From: the human T2T-CHM13v2.0 reference genome, Homo sapiens
Strand: one strand, 5' to 3'
Length of the DNA: 64,000 bases
Assembly (NCBI RefSeq): GCF_009914755.1
Contig: NC_060930.1
The translations under genes and the position numbers were made by a program. Below, piece after piece: positions 29,096-43,029 of the stretch. A model generated the notes under the pieces. That model was not told the origin of the DNA. It did not search any database and worked only from the letters and a program-made list of their open reading frames with translations. Every line of letters begins with the position of its first letter. The first letter of the stretch is position 1.

Positions 29096-29279
29096 AAAAT
29101 TATTTTTTAATGGTTTTTATGTATTTGAAAATAAAGTATATTTTCTAATTTGAGAATCCAGTAATTTTTTTTAATCCTGGCTGTGGGTAATATAAACAAC
29201 ACATAAGTGCGTCAGGATTTTGAGGTACTCTTCTCACTCTCAACAGCATTTGTCAGACTTTTATTAGAAGCATCATGTT

Positions 29280-29360
29280 TCACGCCACTGCACTCCAGCC
29301 TGGGTGACAGAGCAAGAACCTGTCTCTGAACAACAAACAAACAAAAAATTTTTTTAAAGA
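29280..29360 (+). mobile_element. Severely 5'-truncated Alu (last ~50 nt plus tail)
   Basis: TCACGCCACTGCACTCCAGCCTGGGTGACAGAGCAAGA; decayed TSD AGCATCATGTT / AGCATCGCGTT. Confidence 0.8.
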
Positions 29361-30178
29361 AGCAGCATCGCGTTCTGTTCAGGATACCCACTCAGAAGTG
29401 AAGGACAAGAATACAGGAAAGGCTACAGCAAAGGAACAAAGGAAACTTGAAAGTTTTGGAAAGAGACTCCTTCCATTCAAATCAGTGGCCAGGAGCTCAT
29501 ACAGACTTTTTTAAGAGGTTAAGATAAGAATTTGTTTACACTTTAGAACAAGATAATGGGATGTGGGAAGAATGCTCTTCACCGAGGTAAGCTCAAGCAG
29601 AAAGGAGAGGAATTTAAGGACAAGAAACATCTCTCAGAATCCAAGAAACCATGTGCAGGCGGCATTCCTGATGCCCTTGGGAACTGAGTCCCTCTTTCTG
29701 CCTCTCAGGGCCACACAACATTCCATCCATCTTCCGCTGCTCACTGCCCCACTCTCCTTCCTGTAGACCAGCTTCCTAGGTGCATCATTAGTGTGCCAGG
29801 GCCCCAGACAGCGCCCCCAGACCAAAGTCTACATGGCCTGCATTCCGGCAGCACTCTCTCTCATTTCCTAATTCCAAATGACTGGCAAAGAGCCAAGCCA
29901 TGCAAGACTTAAGTTCCCAGACAGGGCAGAGTCAGGAACGCACCCGCCCTTATCACCCAAGGCCAGGAGGAGTGGCGGATTCTAATGGTGCACGGCCGTT
30001 TACAGCAGGAAAAGCTGTGGGCAGAGAAGCTGTAATAGACCTACCCTCTACATTGAGTAACGTGAATCGTTCTACTCAATTTCAAAGAAAGAAGTAAGTA
30101 TGCCATTTGCAAGAAAAGATATTAAGGTTGATAAATGAGAAGAACAGACTTAGTGGAGGAATTGTAATCACTTTGATA

Positions 30179-30285
30179 TTCATTCAACTAGCGTTTATTA
30201 AACACTTACCGTGTGTCAGGGACTAAACCAGGCAAGGATGACACAAAGTTGGAAGGCCTGCCCACAAAGAACTCACACTGTCATA
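30179..30285 (-). mobile_element. L2 3'-end fragment
   Basis: TTCATTCAACTAGCGTTTATTAAACACTTACCGTGTGTCAGG. Confidence 0.55.
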
Positions 30286-31749
30286 GAATACATTGCAAAG
30301 AAAAGCAATGCCATCACCTTCCCTAGAAAATGTAAGGATCAAGTCTTCTGCAGAACTTTAAATTCACTAGAGTCCAAGGCACTCCAACTATTCTTGAACG
30401 CCCCCTTGAAATGTCACTCCTCTCTTGCTTGTACGACTCTCTATGTGTGAGCCTTCGGTTTTTTGTGACTCTAGGAATAGCTACTTCATGTTAGGAAGCC
30501 ACTTGTAGAAAGGCAGCTAGATCAAGCACCTTTGTATTTTGTTGTGTTTATTTTAACAAAGTTCAGAAGCCATTTAGTCAATTTTCTCTTAAAGTGTGTA
30601 GTATAGAGACCTAGGATTTACCAGCACACATGATCTAATACGACAAAGTCAGGGTGTCTTCAGCTTGTTACATTTTTACTACCATAGCCATCTGTTCTGC
30701 AGACAGAGTGCTGCTGGGTTTGTACAGTAGCCCCTTGCTCTGGGCTGCTCAGAGAGCATCACAAACATATTAGTCCTAATGCACGACTACGTTTCAGATG
30801 CTAGGAAATAAAATATTATTTTCTGGTGGCACAGAATTCGTGGGGAAAGAATCCCGGGCTCCTAATTTCCAGTCTCAAGTGAGAAACAAAAAACCCACAG
30901 CCCAGGCACTATCCCAGATCACCTGCTTCTAATTACCCCATTTTGTGGCGATGAGTTACTCATTAAGCTCAGTCTGGAGAACAGAACCAGAAGAAGCAGA
31001 GGTAAAATTTATTTTCCTTAAAAGGGTCTGGAGGGCACTCAGCGCAGTCCTGCAGGGACCCCAGCGATGACAGTCTCGGTTCCTCTCGTAGCTTCGCCAC
31101 CGATAAGCTTTGGAGTGCCTCTGTACAGAGCTGGCCAGAACCCAGTTTGCTTGGGCCTTAGATTATTGGTCATAGAAACCCCTCCAAGTGGCTTGTTTGC
31201 ATGCCACGTCTCTTTGATTGGTTGAGAGGGCTCAAGGGAGTTCAGTGGGAAAAGAAAGCTGGGTGCTTAATACAAATTAACTGGGACTTTGAGGAGTTCA
31301 CTCACTGGAGTGTGAAATCTGATCTCACACAAGCCCATGCTGGAGCCCTTCCAGGGGGGTTCTGTTACCAAAAGCAGCAGACAAGCTGTTTTCTAGCATA
31401 GCTCCCTTATAAGCCAGCCCTGCCTGCGCACCCTGAGGTCAATGATGGAACGACGCCCAAACGGGGGCTCAGCTGAAGTGCCACTTGCCTCTCCTTGAGA
31501 AAGAACCTCCTCAGAGTTGACAGTTTTGACCATGGCTTCATTTCCACTGTTCTATTCCGAGAATTTGTCATCATGAAAGTTGTTTTTCCAAAAAGATAGA
31601 TGGATCCAACTTGATGCAGAATTACATTGAATAAAGTCCACTGTACTTTCTAATTTATTTTTTCTGAGAACAGCTACAACGCATCTTACCAACCACCTTT
31701 CTGGCCAGGAAGGTCAGTGAAATGTGCCTTGAAACTTCCACATTGTGGT

Positions 31750-31878
31750 TCCACCGTACTTAACCGTAAGACCTTGGAAAACTTATTTAATTTACGTAAG
31801 CCTATTTCCCCATCTGTGATATTAGGACAGTAACACTACCCATCTCGTGGTTGTAGATTAAATGAGAAAATGTAGGCA
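31750..31878 (+). mobile_element. MIR
   Basis: GACCTTGGAAAACTTATTTAA...TTTCCCCATCTGT...GATTAAATGAGA. Confidence 0.6.
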
Positions 31879-32191
31879 TCTGGCAACCACCACAGTAATA
31901 ATTGTTTCAAGCAAAGAATCATCAACAAATGCTAAAACTAGTGGGTGAAGGTAGGATAGAAAGTAGGCTGGGAAGCAGATATTTACATAGCCTCAAAGAA
32001 TCTCTTCAAGAGATACCAATTAATTACAAAGTGAAAAATACTAACGTTACAGAGAAGGAAATGGCCAGACATCACCCTAGTCAAGGGATCAAAATTAATG
32101 ACACCCACACTAATGGACAGAGGCGTAGCACACTCCTCCTGACACACAGGATTGAGAACACAGCAGCAGAACCACCTGCCAACATTGCATC

Positions 32192-32550
32192 TGGATTAGT
32201 CCATTTTCACACTGCTGATAAAGACATAGCCAAGACTGGGCAATTTACAAAAGAAAGAGGTTTAATGTACTCACAGTTCCACATGGCTGGGGAGGCCTCA
32301 CAATCACGGCAAAAGGTGAAAGGTACATCTCACATGGTGGCAGACAAGGGAAGAGAACTTGTGCAGTGAAACTCCACCTTATAGAATCATCAGATCTCAT
32401 AAGACTTATTCACTATCATGAGAACAGCACAGGAAAGACCCACCCCCATGATTCAATTACCTCCCACTGGGTCCCTCCCACAACATGTGGACAGTGGGGG
32501 AGCTACAATTCAAGAGGAGCTTTGGGTGGGGACACAGCCAAACCATAACA
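32192..32550 (-). mobile_element. THE1B solo LTR
   Basis: TGGATTAGTCCATTTTCACACTGCTGATAAAGAC...CAAACCATAACA; TSD GCATC at 32187-32191 and 32551-32555. Confidence 0.92.
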
Positions 32551-32650
32551 GCATCCCTGAATCGAAGCATGTGGAAACACAAGATAAACTCAGATCAAGA
32601 AAGAGTGCACAACATAACTCGCCTGTCTTCTTCAAAAATGTCAAAGTTAC

Positions 32651-33116
32651 AGCAGCAGAGAGAATAATGACCCCAATAGTACCTGGAACTTGTGGAGAAG
32701 TTAGCATGCATGGCAAAAGCATTCTTATAGATGTACTGATTACCCTGGATGAGCTAGGCAGACCCAATCTAATCACATGAGGCCTTAAAGGGGCTTTCCC
32801 AGCGGTGGTCAGAGGTCAGACAGACGTAACAACATGAGAGGAACTCAACTAGCCATTGATAGCTCTGCAGATGGAGAAATGGGCCACACGTCAAGGAATG
32901 CAGGTGACATCTAGAAGCTGGAAAAGGCAAGGAAACAGATTCCCCACCCCCTAGAGCCTCCAGAAGGGAATTCTGCCCTCCCCACACCTTTTTTTTTTAA
33001 GCCCAGGGATACCATCTTGGACTTCTGACCGACACAACTGTAAGGTAATAAACTTTTGTTGTTAAAGACACTAATTTTATGGTAAATTGTTACAGCAGCA
33101 ATAGAAAACTAATACA
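32651..33116 (+). mobile_element. MLT1D-like solo LTR
   Basis: CTAGAAGCTGGAAAAGGCAAGGAAACAGATTC...CAGCAGCAATAGAAAACTAATACA. Confidence 0.85.
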
Positions 33117-33143
33117 GTCATGAAAGACAAAGAATGAGAAACA

Positions 33144-33448
33144 GGCCAGGTGCTGCAGCTCACGCCTGTAATCCCAGCACTTTGGGAGGCCAAGGCAGGT
33201 GGATCACTTGAGGCCAGGAGTTTGAGACTGGCCTGGGCAACTTGGCAAAACACCGTCTCTACTAAAATACAAAAACTAGCTGGTCATGGTGGCTCACACC
33301 TGTAGTCCCAGCTACTTGGGAGACTAAGGCATGAGAATCACTTGAACCCAAAAGGTGGAAGTTGCAGTGAGCCAAGATCATGCTGCTGCACTGTAGCCTG
33401 GGCAACAGAGCAAGACTCTGTCTCAAAAAAAAAAAAACAAAAAAAGAA
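33144..33448 (+). mobile_element. AluS/J
   Basis: Dimeric Alu with A tail. Confidence 0.92.
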
Positions 33449-34054
33449 CAAGGAACTGTTGCAAATTAAAGGAGGCTAAAGATGCATGACAACTAGATAC
33501 AAGGTGTGATCTTGGATTCAATCACGGATCAAAAAGAGACATTAGTGGGGCAACTGGAAAACTCTGAGATCTTTAGCACAGCAAATACTCTTGTATCAAT
33601 GTTAGTTTTCTGATTTGGGTTATTGTACTGGTCATGGAAAAAAATGACCTTGTTTTAGGAAATACACACTGAAGTATTTAGAGGTAAAGGAGCATCAGGT
33701 CTGCAACTTATTCTCAAATGTTTCATATATATATGTTGTGTGTGTATGTAACACACACACAACATATATACATATGGAGAGAGAAAGAGAGAATGAGAGA
33801 GAAGTGTAGTAAAATGTTAGCATTTGGTAAGTCTGTGAAGAATACACAGGAATATTTTATACTATTATTGCAACTTTTGTGTGTCTTAAATTTTGCAAAA
33901 TGAGAAATTTGAAATACAGAAAAAGTAATAAATGTATGTAAAATACTTAGCACCCTCCTTGACACTCAGCAAATTTTCAGTGAATCTTGACTTTGGTTGA
34001 GCTTTCAGAGTTTAGCATCTATGCCCTCCTTGCCCATGGCAGGAGTGAATCAAC

Positions 34055-34262
34055 GCACAGACCTGGAGCCGGACTGGGTTTCCGTCCCAGCTTTGCCACT
34101 TACTGGTTGTGTGTGACTTTGGACAAGACATTAGCCAGTCTGATCTTCAGTTTTTCCATCTATAAAAAGCCAGTAATATCTATGCCATTAGGTTGTGAGG
34201 ATTCAATGAACTGATTTATGTGAAGTACATAGAACAAGGCTGGGCCAGTTATAAGTTCTGTA
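34055..34262 (+). mobile_element. MIR
   Basis: CTGGGTTTCCGTCCCAGCTTTGCCACTTACTGGTTGTGTGACTTTGGACAAG core. Confidence 0.75.
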
Positions 34263-34264
34263 TA

Positions 34265-34391
34265 AGGATCGCTTGAGCCCAGGAGTTCAAGACCAGTTTG
34301 GGCAACATAGTAAAACCCTGTCTCCAAAAAAAATAAAATAAAAAATTTTTAAAAAAAATTTAATTAGCCAGGCATGGTGGCACACACCTGG
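34265..34391 (+). mobile_element. AluJ internal fragment
   Basis: AGGATCGCTTGAGCCCAGGAGTTCAAGACCAG, expanded linker, TTAGCCAGGCATGGTGGCAC. Confidence 0.8.
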
Positions 34392-36789
34392 GGACTCTGA
34401 TCAGTCCAGAATGGTGAGAGAATAGTGGGAGAGATTGCTAAACAGGGGGCTTGGAGGTGGCAAAGAAGAGGGAGGCCAGCCTAGGGCACCAGCATAAGCC
34501 CAGGTACCTGGGCTGGACTCCGAGCAGGAAGGTGGAGTGTGATAAGCAAGACAGGATGCCCAGATCCTATCCAGTTCACTCAGATTTCAGTATCTAGCTG
34601 CTATTTGTCCTGTGTGTGTTTAATGACTAGGAATTCAGTGCCACTCTGTGCAGATTGCTGAATCTAGAACCATCATGGATATCTGTGAGTAATAGATGAT
34701 CCTTGCCCTCAAGATACTCAGATTTTAGTAGAGAAGAGAGGCATCCTTTGCAGTAATTGAAGAGTATCAACCAGAGCTGGGAGGAGGGTGGAGAGCTGAA
34801 AGGGAAGTCATCAGTCTCACATTCTGCGATGAGTAACAGCATGGGATCTTTGGTACAGAAGATGTTAGGGACATGCTGGCTCTTAGAAGCAGAAAATGAC
34901 TGGCTGTGCTAGAGAAAGATTACTTGTAAATCCCTAACCAGTGGTAGAGCTGTACTATGCATCATTCTGGTTTCTAAGATAGTCCACAAACTGCAAAAAA
35001 GCAGAGGGATCTCCCCTCACCTTCCAGGCAAGCAACTAAATATTTTCCCTCTTTTACAGGGCTCAGCACACCAAAGCTCTTCATTATGTGATGAACTCTG
35101 GGTGTTTCTGAAAATATGGACAGACCATAAAAAATCTCAATGTGATTCAGGCAATATGTTGCACTAAAGATACTTCAGCCTCTTTATTCTAAAAGATCAA
35201 TTATCATCTATTAGTTCAACAATTCTCATCCCATCAAAATTTAAAAATAAAAAGATTTTACATGACTAACGAGCTACTCCTCTCTGTTGGGTCATAATCT
35301 TCATTTTAAAGTGTCTGTATTCACAAGAGCAGGGTAAACTGACCTCACGATGTCATTGTTACTGACTTTGTGGTAATTAATGGGAATTTTTCAAATTGTC
35401 TGAATCTCTATTTAAATGATTTATATAATGGACTTTCACAGTTGCTGTTACAATCTATCGCATTGTAGTGAAGTAACTTAGATGTGTTTATTACCAATTT
35501 ATAGGGAATAGAGCAGACTAGAGGTGATAAAACTTTTTTTCTTTCTCGGTTTTCTTATAGTTCTAACATTCTGTGATTGGAATAAGCAGGACAGACACAT
35601 CTTAGCACATGAGACATTTGTAGTCTAAAGCCAAAGTTATTTTTATTTTAGGTGCTGGCCAGTCCCCTGTGATTTATGACATTATTTCACTACAAATTGC
35701 TGTAAGGACAACCACTGCTCACCCATGAAGTGTTCTACATTTACCCATAAATTTTCAGGAATTAAACAGTGTGTGTGCCAGGAATGACTGCATACTGTTT
35801 GCCGTTCCCTCCAACTTTGTAAAAACAAAAGAAGGTTTTAGGAAATTGGGGTTTCAGAGTCCACCTTGAGAAAAGAGGAGTGATTCAAGCTAGTATGTGT
35901 GTGTCTTCATTACATCCCAAAGCAGACACACGGAGATACGAACGATGTTCTCCCATCCATCAGTATGGCAGGAAGTCTGAAGTAGTGGAGCAGAGTTTTT
36001 GGAGCAATATCAGCTCCTTTAGGGTTAAGACCAAGTCTTATTCAAATTTCTTATGTCCTAGGCCTATTGCATTGAGTGCCTAGAAAAAGGTAGTTGCTCA
36101 ATGAATATAGAATTTGAATTAATCTACATAAGTGTTTAAGCTGTGTAATATGTATTTGAAAAATAAAATCAATATCCAAAAAAAAATCTTTATTTGAAAG
36201 GTGCATGCAATAGGGAAGTTTTTGCAAATTATAAGATATTTGAATATGATTTGAGGTCTTGAGGGTAATGCCATTTCGAATTCTTAATATCCTAATTATC
36301 TTTCATGTTTCTTAAATATTGTAAATAAGCAAAATGATAATTTTTATCTGACATACACTGAGAGAAAATAAAGAAAACAACACTTTTAAAACACAGAGTT
36401 CTATATAATGATTAACAAACACAGTATTTCCTATTTCAAGCAAGCTCAATATATGAAAATGTGGATTTTTCTAGATATATGGGAGTTCTTTTTACCACTA
36501 TTTTTACTTATGTAAAAATGCATTTAACGTTTTTTAAATTAAAAACAAGTTTTAAGTTAAAATGGTTGAGTTTTGCTCATCAATTGTGTTACAGAAGGAT
36601 TTACCCAGGATTGTAGTACCCACAAAGCATTATTTTTCTAAATCAAAGCATTAAATTTTTTACCACGTACCCTCCTTTTGAAGTTCATTTTTTTCTTTCC
36701 TCCTATTTTACAAATTAATAAAATTTAAATTGTCCTTATCTTTGTATATCTAAAAATGTCTCCTTTTTTATACCCAGTCCATTTTTCCT

Positions 36790-38090
36790 TATCATATTTA
36801 TTTAGGAATAATTTATATACATGAACTGAAACCATTTAAATGAGTCTCATTAGATACAAATACTCATAAAACACCCACCACAATAGAGATACAAAACATT
36901 TCTATCACCCCAGAAGATTCTTGGTACCCATTTGCAGCCCATCATTGCCCCTACCCTAGCCCTGGGCAACCATAGATCTGCCTTCTGTCACTACAGAATT
37001 CTCCACGGTTTATATAAATGAAATAATACAGTATGCACTCGTTCGTATCTGGCCTCAGCATGACTGTGCATCTGTAATTCAGCATGATTTAAAGATTTCT
37101 CCATTGTTGCTGTATGTTTCAGTAGTTTGTTCCTTTTTGCTGCTGAGTAATATTCTACATATTGGATATACAATATATTGTTTATTTATCAGGTGATAGA
37201 TATTTGGAGTTATTCCAGGTATTAACTATTATTACTAAAGCTTCTATGAATTTTTTTATGTAAGTATTACTGTAGACATACATTTTCCTTTCTTTTGGGT
37301 GAATACTTAAGAGTGGAATGATCCTATGGTAGCTGCATGTTTAACTTTTTAAGAAACTTCCAAACAGATTTCCAACACTGCTGTACAACTGTATATTCCT
37401 AACAACAGGTTATGAGAATTCCCTTTGTCCTGCAACATTGCCGACACTTGGTTTTGTCAGTATTTTTAATTTTAGAAGTTCTAGTGGGTAAATAATGGTT
37501 TGTCATTGTGGTTTTATTTTTGCATTTCCCTGATGGCTGAGGACATTAGACGTCTTTTCACATATTTTTTGTCCAGTCATTCTTCTTTTGTAAAGTATTC
37601 AAATATTTTGTCTATTTTATATTCAGTTGTTTGCTTTCTAATATGAAATTTAAGAGTTCTATGTACTCTGCATACAAACTATTTGTCAGATATACGGGTA
37701 GCAAATATTTTACTTCACTCTGTAGTGCTTTTTTTTAATAGGGTCTCACTCTGTCACCTAGGCTAGAGTGCACTGATGCAATGACAGCTCAGTGTAATCT
37801 CAAACTCCTGGGCTGCAGCAAACCTCTCTCCTCAGCCTCCTAAGTAGCTAGAACTACAGGTGTGAGCCACTATGACTGGCTTAAGCTTTTAATTTTCTTA
37901 ACGGCATCTTTTGGAAAGCAAAAGTTTTTAATTTTGATAAAGTTCAATTATTAGTTTTGGGGGGTTATGTTTTATGCTTATTTGTGTTCTAGCTGAGGAA
38001 TCTTTATCTTTCCCAGGTCACAAAGCTTTTCTCCTATGTTTTCTTCTAGTTTCGTGGCTTTAGTTTTTCTGTTTAAGGCTATGGTCCACA
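36790..38090 (-). mobile_element. Old L1 (L1MB/L1ME) 3' end
   Basis: ACATTTCTATCACCCCAGAAG...CCCTGGGCAACCATAGATCTG; minus-strand ORF fragment EYYSAAKRNKLLKH. Confidence 0.8.
37729..37881 (-). mobile_element. Alu monomer (FAM/FRAM-like)
   Basis: T tail plus AGGGTCTCACTCTGTCACCTAGGC...GTGAGCCACTATGACTGGC; single arm. Confidence 0.8.
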
Positions 38091-38099
38091 TTGGGTGTT

Positions 38100-39170
<1,071 letters not shown>

Positions 39171-39189
39171 TTTGTTTGAGAGTTCATAC

Positions 39190-39658
39190 TGCAAGGGAGT
39201 TTCCTACCTAACAGCCATTCCCCACTTCTTCACTAATAAAACCCAGTTTTATCTCGAGTATCAATGTGTCCAGCCAACAGGTGATCCAAGACACACCTGC
39301 TCTAAGACAATTGTTACTATTTGTTTCCCTTTGCCAGATGTTCAATTTCCCAGCCTCCTCTGTGACCAAGTTCATCCTAACAATATACGATGGAGATTCT
39401 GTTTGGGAGTATCTGAGAAGACAGGAATCACACGTGATACCTGGAGCTGCAGCAGCCGTCTTATGACCTAAGGCAACAAACAGCAAACTAAGCAGAAAAG
39501 AGAATGTTAGAGGGAGCCTGGATCCTTCATGGCATTGTTGAGCTGCTAGACCACCCTAAGGCAGCCCACCTCCATTCTCTTTTTATTAAGAAAATCATTA
39601 ATGTCTGTATGGTTTAGGCCACAGTCACTTGCTGCTAACATCATTCCACACTGGTACA
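39190..39658 (+). mobile_element. Old MLT1 (J/K-like) LTR
   Basis: TGATACCTGGAGCTGCAGCAGCCGTCTT...GAGCCTGGATCCTTCATGGCATTGTTGAGCTGCT. Confidence 0.6.
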
Positions 39659-40229
39659 GGAGGCTTTTCCCCTCCCTAGGCTGGGATGCCTCAACATCAG
39701 AAGCTCAGAAGTATAGCCTCACCGTCCTGGGTCTTTATGGTTCCCAACCTTAAGCCAGGACAGAACTTGGTCCACCTCGTGGTCACACAAGTTCCACTGC
39801 TTCCACCTCTGCCACAGCTAGTAAGCAGCTGGTTTACTTACTATGCCTAGTAAGTATATAAACCTGCTGAAACCCCAGGTGGGTTAGCTGGAGTTTCCTC
39901 CACTTCCAATCACCTGCATAGAACCACAATCCCAGCACTGACTTCATGACAGCAGCCTGAGGTGAGACTGCACTCACCCTCTCTGTTCCACTCCCACTTT
40001 GAAATCCGAGATACCAAACAGGCTACCTTCTCCCCGCCTCCCACAGGCCTCCAGCCTCAGCCAACACTCACTGCTGTGGAACTCTGGTCCTAGACTTCCC
40101 ACTTTTCCTTTAGCACAGCTATGCAGCTCTAACTTTTGTTTCTAAGTTGTCCCTAATTTGTGTATGTATGGAACAGAACTTTCCACATCTACTCATTTTG
40201 ACACCTTGCCTGAAAGCTATCCCAATGCA

Positions 40230-40830
40230 TTTTTAACTGTTATATTTGGGCTTTTTACAAATAGGCCTACTCTTGTAAAAATTTAGAAGCACAGAGAAAT
40301 GTAAAAATAAAAATCAACATTAACCCGCCACCACTATTAACATTAAGATACATTTCTTTCTAGTCTTTTTCTATGCATATATATAAACATACTGTTTTAT
40401 AAAATTGTGGCATACTTATAGACTGGGTTATATCTTACTTTTTTGTTTAATATAAACATTTTCATATATATGTAATATCGATCTATCATAATTTCCTGAC
40501 TCTCCTATTATGGATATGTTATTGTTTTTAATTTGTACCCACCATACATAATGTTGCATTATAAATATTTCATTATTTCCTTAGGATGAAGTCCTAGAAG
40601 TAGGCTTACCAAGACAAAGGGTATGAACATTTAAACATATAGATACATATTGCCAAAGCATTCTCCCAACAAATGTTTATCCTCTCAAATTCTGAGTTTA
40701 ATAATGTTTCAAACTTGCCAATCTGATAAACAAGAGTCAGTGTTCTTTTAATTTACATTTCTTTGATAGTCATAAGTTTGAACATTTTTTATGATAATTA
40801 GCCATTTGTCTTTCCTTCCAGTGCATTTTA
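40230..40830 (-). mobile_element. L1ME-type 3'-end fragment
   Basis: ATTATTTCCTTAGGATGAAGTCCTAGAAGT...CAAAGGGTATGAACATT...ATATTGCCAAA. Confidence 0.6.
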
Positions 40831-41139
40831 AATAACATTATATTTACAACTTTGCAGAAACAGCTATTCCACAAATTAAATCAAAATACCTCTTTGTGCA
40901 TAGTAAGTATATAAACCAGCCTCAAAATTGTCCATGTTTATATCTGTTTTATAATAGATATCTCTATTTTTCAGGTTGAAATGTCGTCTTCATTTTACTT
41001 TGGGTTCAAATTCTAACTGGACTCAGTCTTTAGGTAATTTACAGCCAAAGGTGTGGGAATGTAGAGAAGACATGTATATGAACACAAGTGACAAAATTAC
41101 GTGTGTGCGTGTGTGTGCATACATGTTTATGTGTATGTA

Positions 41140-42326
41140 TAGTCAACAACAACATATGGGTCAATGGCAGACCACATATATGAAGATGGTCCCATAAGAT
41201 TATGATGGAGCTGAAAAATGCCTATCACCTACTGAAGTCATAGCTGCCATAAAGTCACAGGGCAATGCATTACTCACCTGTTTATGGTGATGCTGGTATA
41301 AACCAACCCACTATGCTGCCAGCCCTATAAAAGTCTAGCACATACAATTATATATAGTACGTAATACTTGATAATAAATATGTTACTGGTGTATGCCTTT
41401 ACTATACTATAATCATTAGAGTATATTCCTTCTGCTTTTTTTAAAAAAACAAAACAAAACAAAAAGAACTGTAAACAGCCTCAGGCAGGTCCTTTAGGAG
41501 GTATCCAGAAGAAGGCATTGCGGCCATAGGAGACGACAGCTCCATGTGTGTTACTGCCCCTAAACACCTTCCAGTGGGACAAGATGTGGGGGTAGAAGAC
41601 AGTGATATGGATGATCCTGACCCTGTGTAGGTCTAAGCTAATGAGTATGTTTATGTCTTTGTTTTTAGAAAAAAAAGTTTTGAAAGTAAAAAATAAATTT
41701 AAAAACAAAAAAAAAAAGCTTATAGGAAAGGATATAAAGAAATATTTTTGTGCAGCTATACCATGCGTTTGTGTTTTCAGCTGTGTTATTACAAATGAGT
41801 CCAAAAGTTTTTAAATTTTTAATTTTATAAAGTTACAGTGAGCCAAGGTTAATTTATTGTTGAAGAAAAAAATTTTAAATTAACTTAGTGTAGCTTAAAT
41901 GTACAGTGTTTATAAAGTCTACAGTCATATGCAATCATGTCCTGCGCCTTCATATTCCCTTATCACTGACTCACTGACACCCAGGGCAACTCCTAGTCCT
42001 GTAAGTTCCATTCACGGTAAGTGCCCTATACAGGTGCACCATTTTTATATTTTATACTGTATTTTCTCTGTACCTTTTCTATGTTCCCACGTGTGTAGAT
42101 ACGCAAATACTTACCACTGTGTTACAATTGCCTACAGTATTCAGAACAGTAACAGGTGTTACCAGTTTGTAGCCTAGGAGCAATAGGCTCTACCATATAG
42201 CCTAGGTGTGTAGCAGGTGGTACCATCTAGGTTTAGTAAGTACACTCTATGAGGTTCGCATATCATTAAATCATTTAACAACACGTTTCTCAAAATGCAT
42301 CTCCATTGTTAATCGACACATGACTG
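41140..42326. mobile_element. Tigger3b (GOLEM/MER7)-type DNA transposon, ~1.19 kb
   Basis: GGTCCCATAAGATTATGATGGAGCTGAAAAAT...CCTTCCAGTGGGACAAGATGTGG...GACACATGACTG followed by TA. Confidence 0.88.
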
Positions 42327-42484
42327 TATATATACAACACGCACGCAAATAATTCATATGTAATTAACCACAGGCGTAAACGACTTTTAATCTGTGTACT
42401 TCAATGTAATTATGTATTTCCATGATCTCTGGTCATGTACAAATTTGCTTTGAAATCCATTAAAAATTGCATTTAAAAATGTTA

Positions 42485-42809
<325 letters not shown>

Positions 42810-43029
42810 TCATAAACCACAAATCAAATCTAAGACTCATCTTAGAATGAACTAAAGACAAATGCTATGTGGTTGACTTAAGACTCACCCCTTCATACGT
42901 TCAACGATAATGCAACGGCTTTACATCATGTCTATGGAAACTGAAAAAAATATTCAGGGAGATTATTAGGGGAAAGATGAGTTCAGTTGTAGGTAGATTT
43001 TAAGAGTGTCTGTGAGGAGATGGGCCCCT

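Larger units (their letters stand above)
31879..33905 (+). mobile_element. L1MC4-like 3'UTR, interrupted by THE1B, MLT1D and an Alu
   Basis: TCTGGCAACCACCACAGTAATAATTG...AATGCTAAAACTAGTGGGTGAA...GGAAATACACACTGAAGTATTTAG...CTGCAACTTATTCTCAAATG. Confidence 0.75.
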
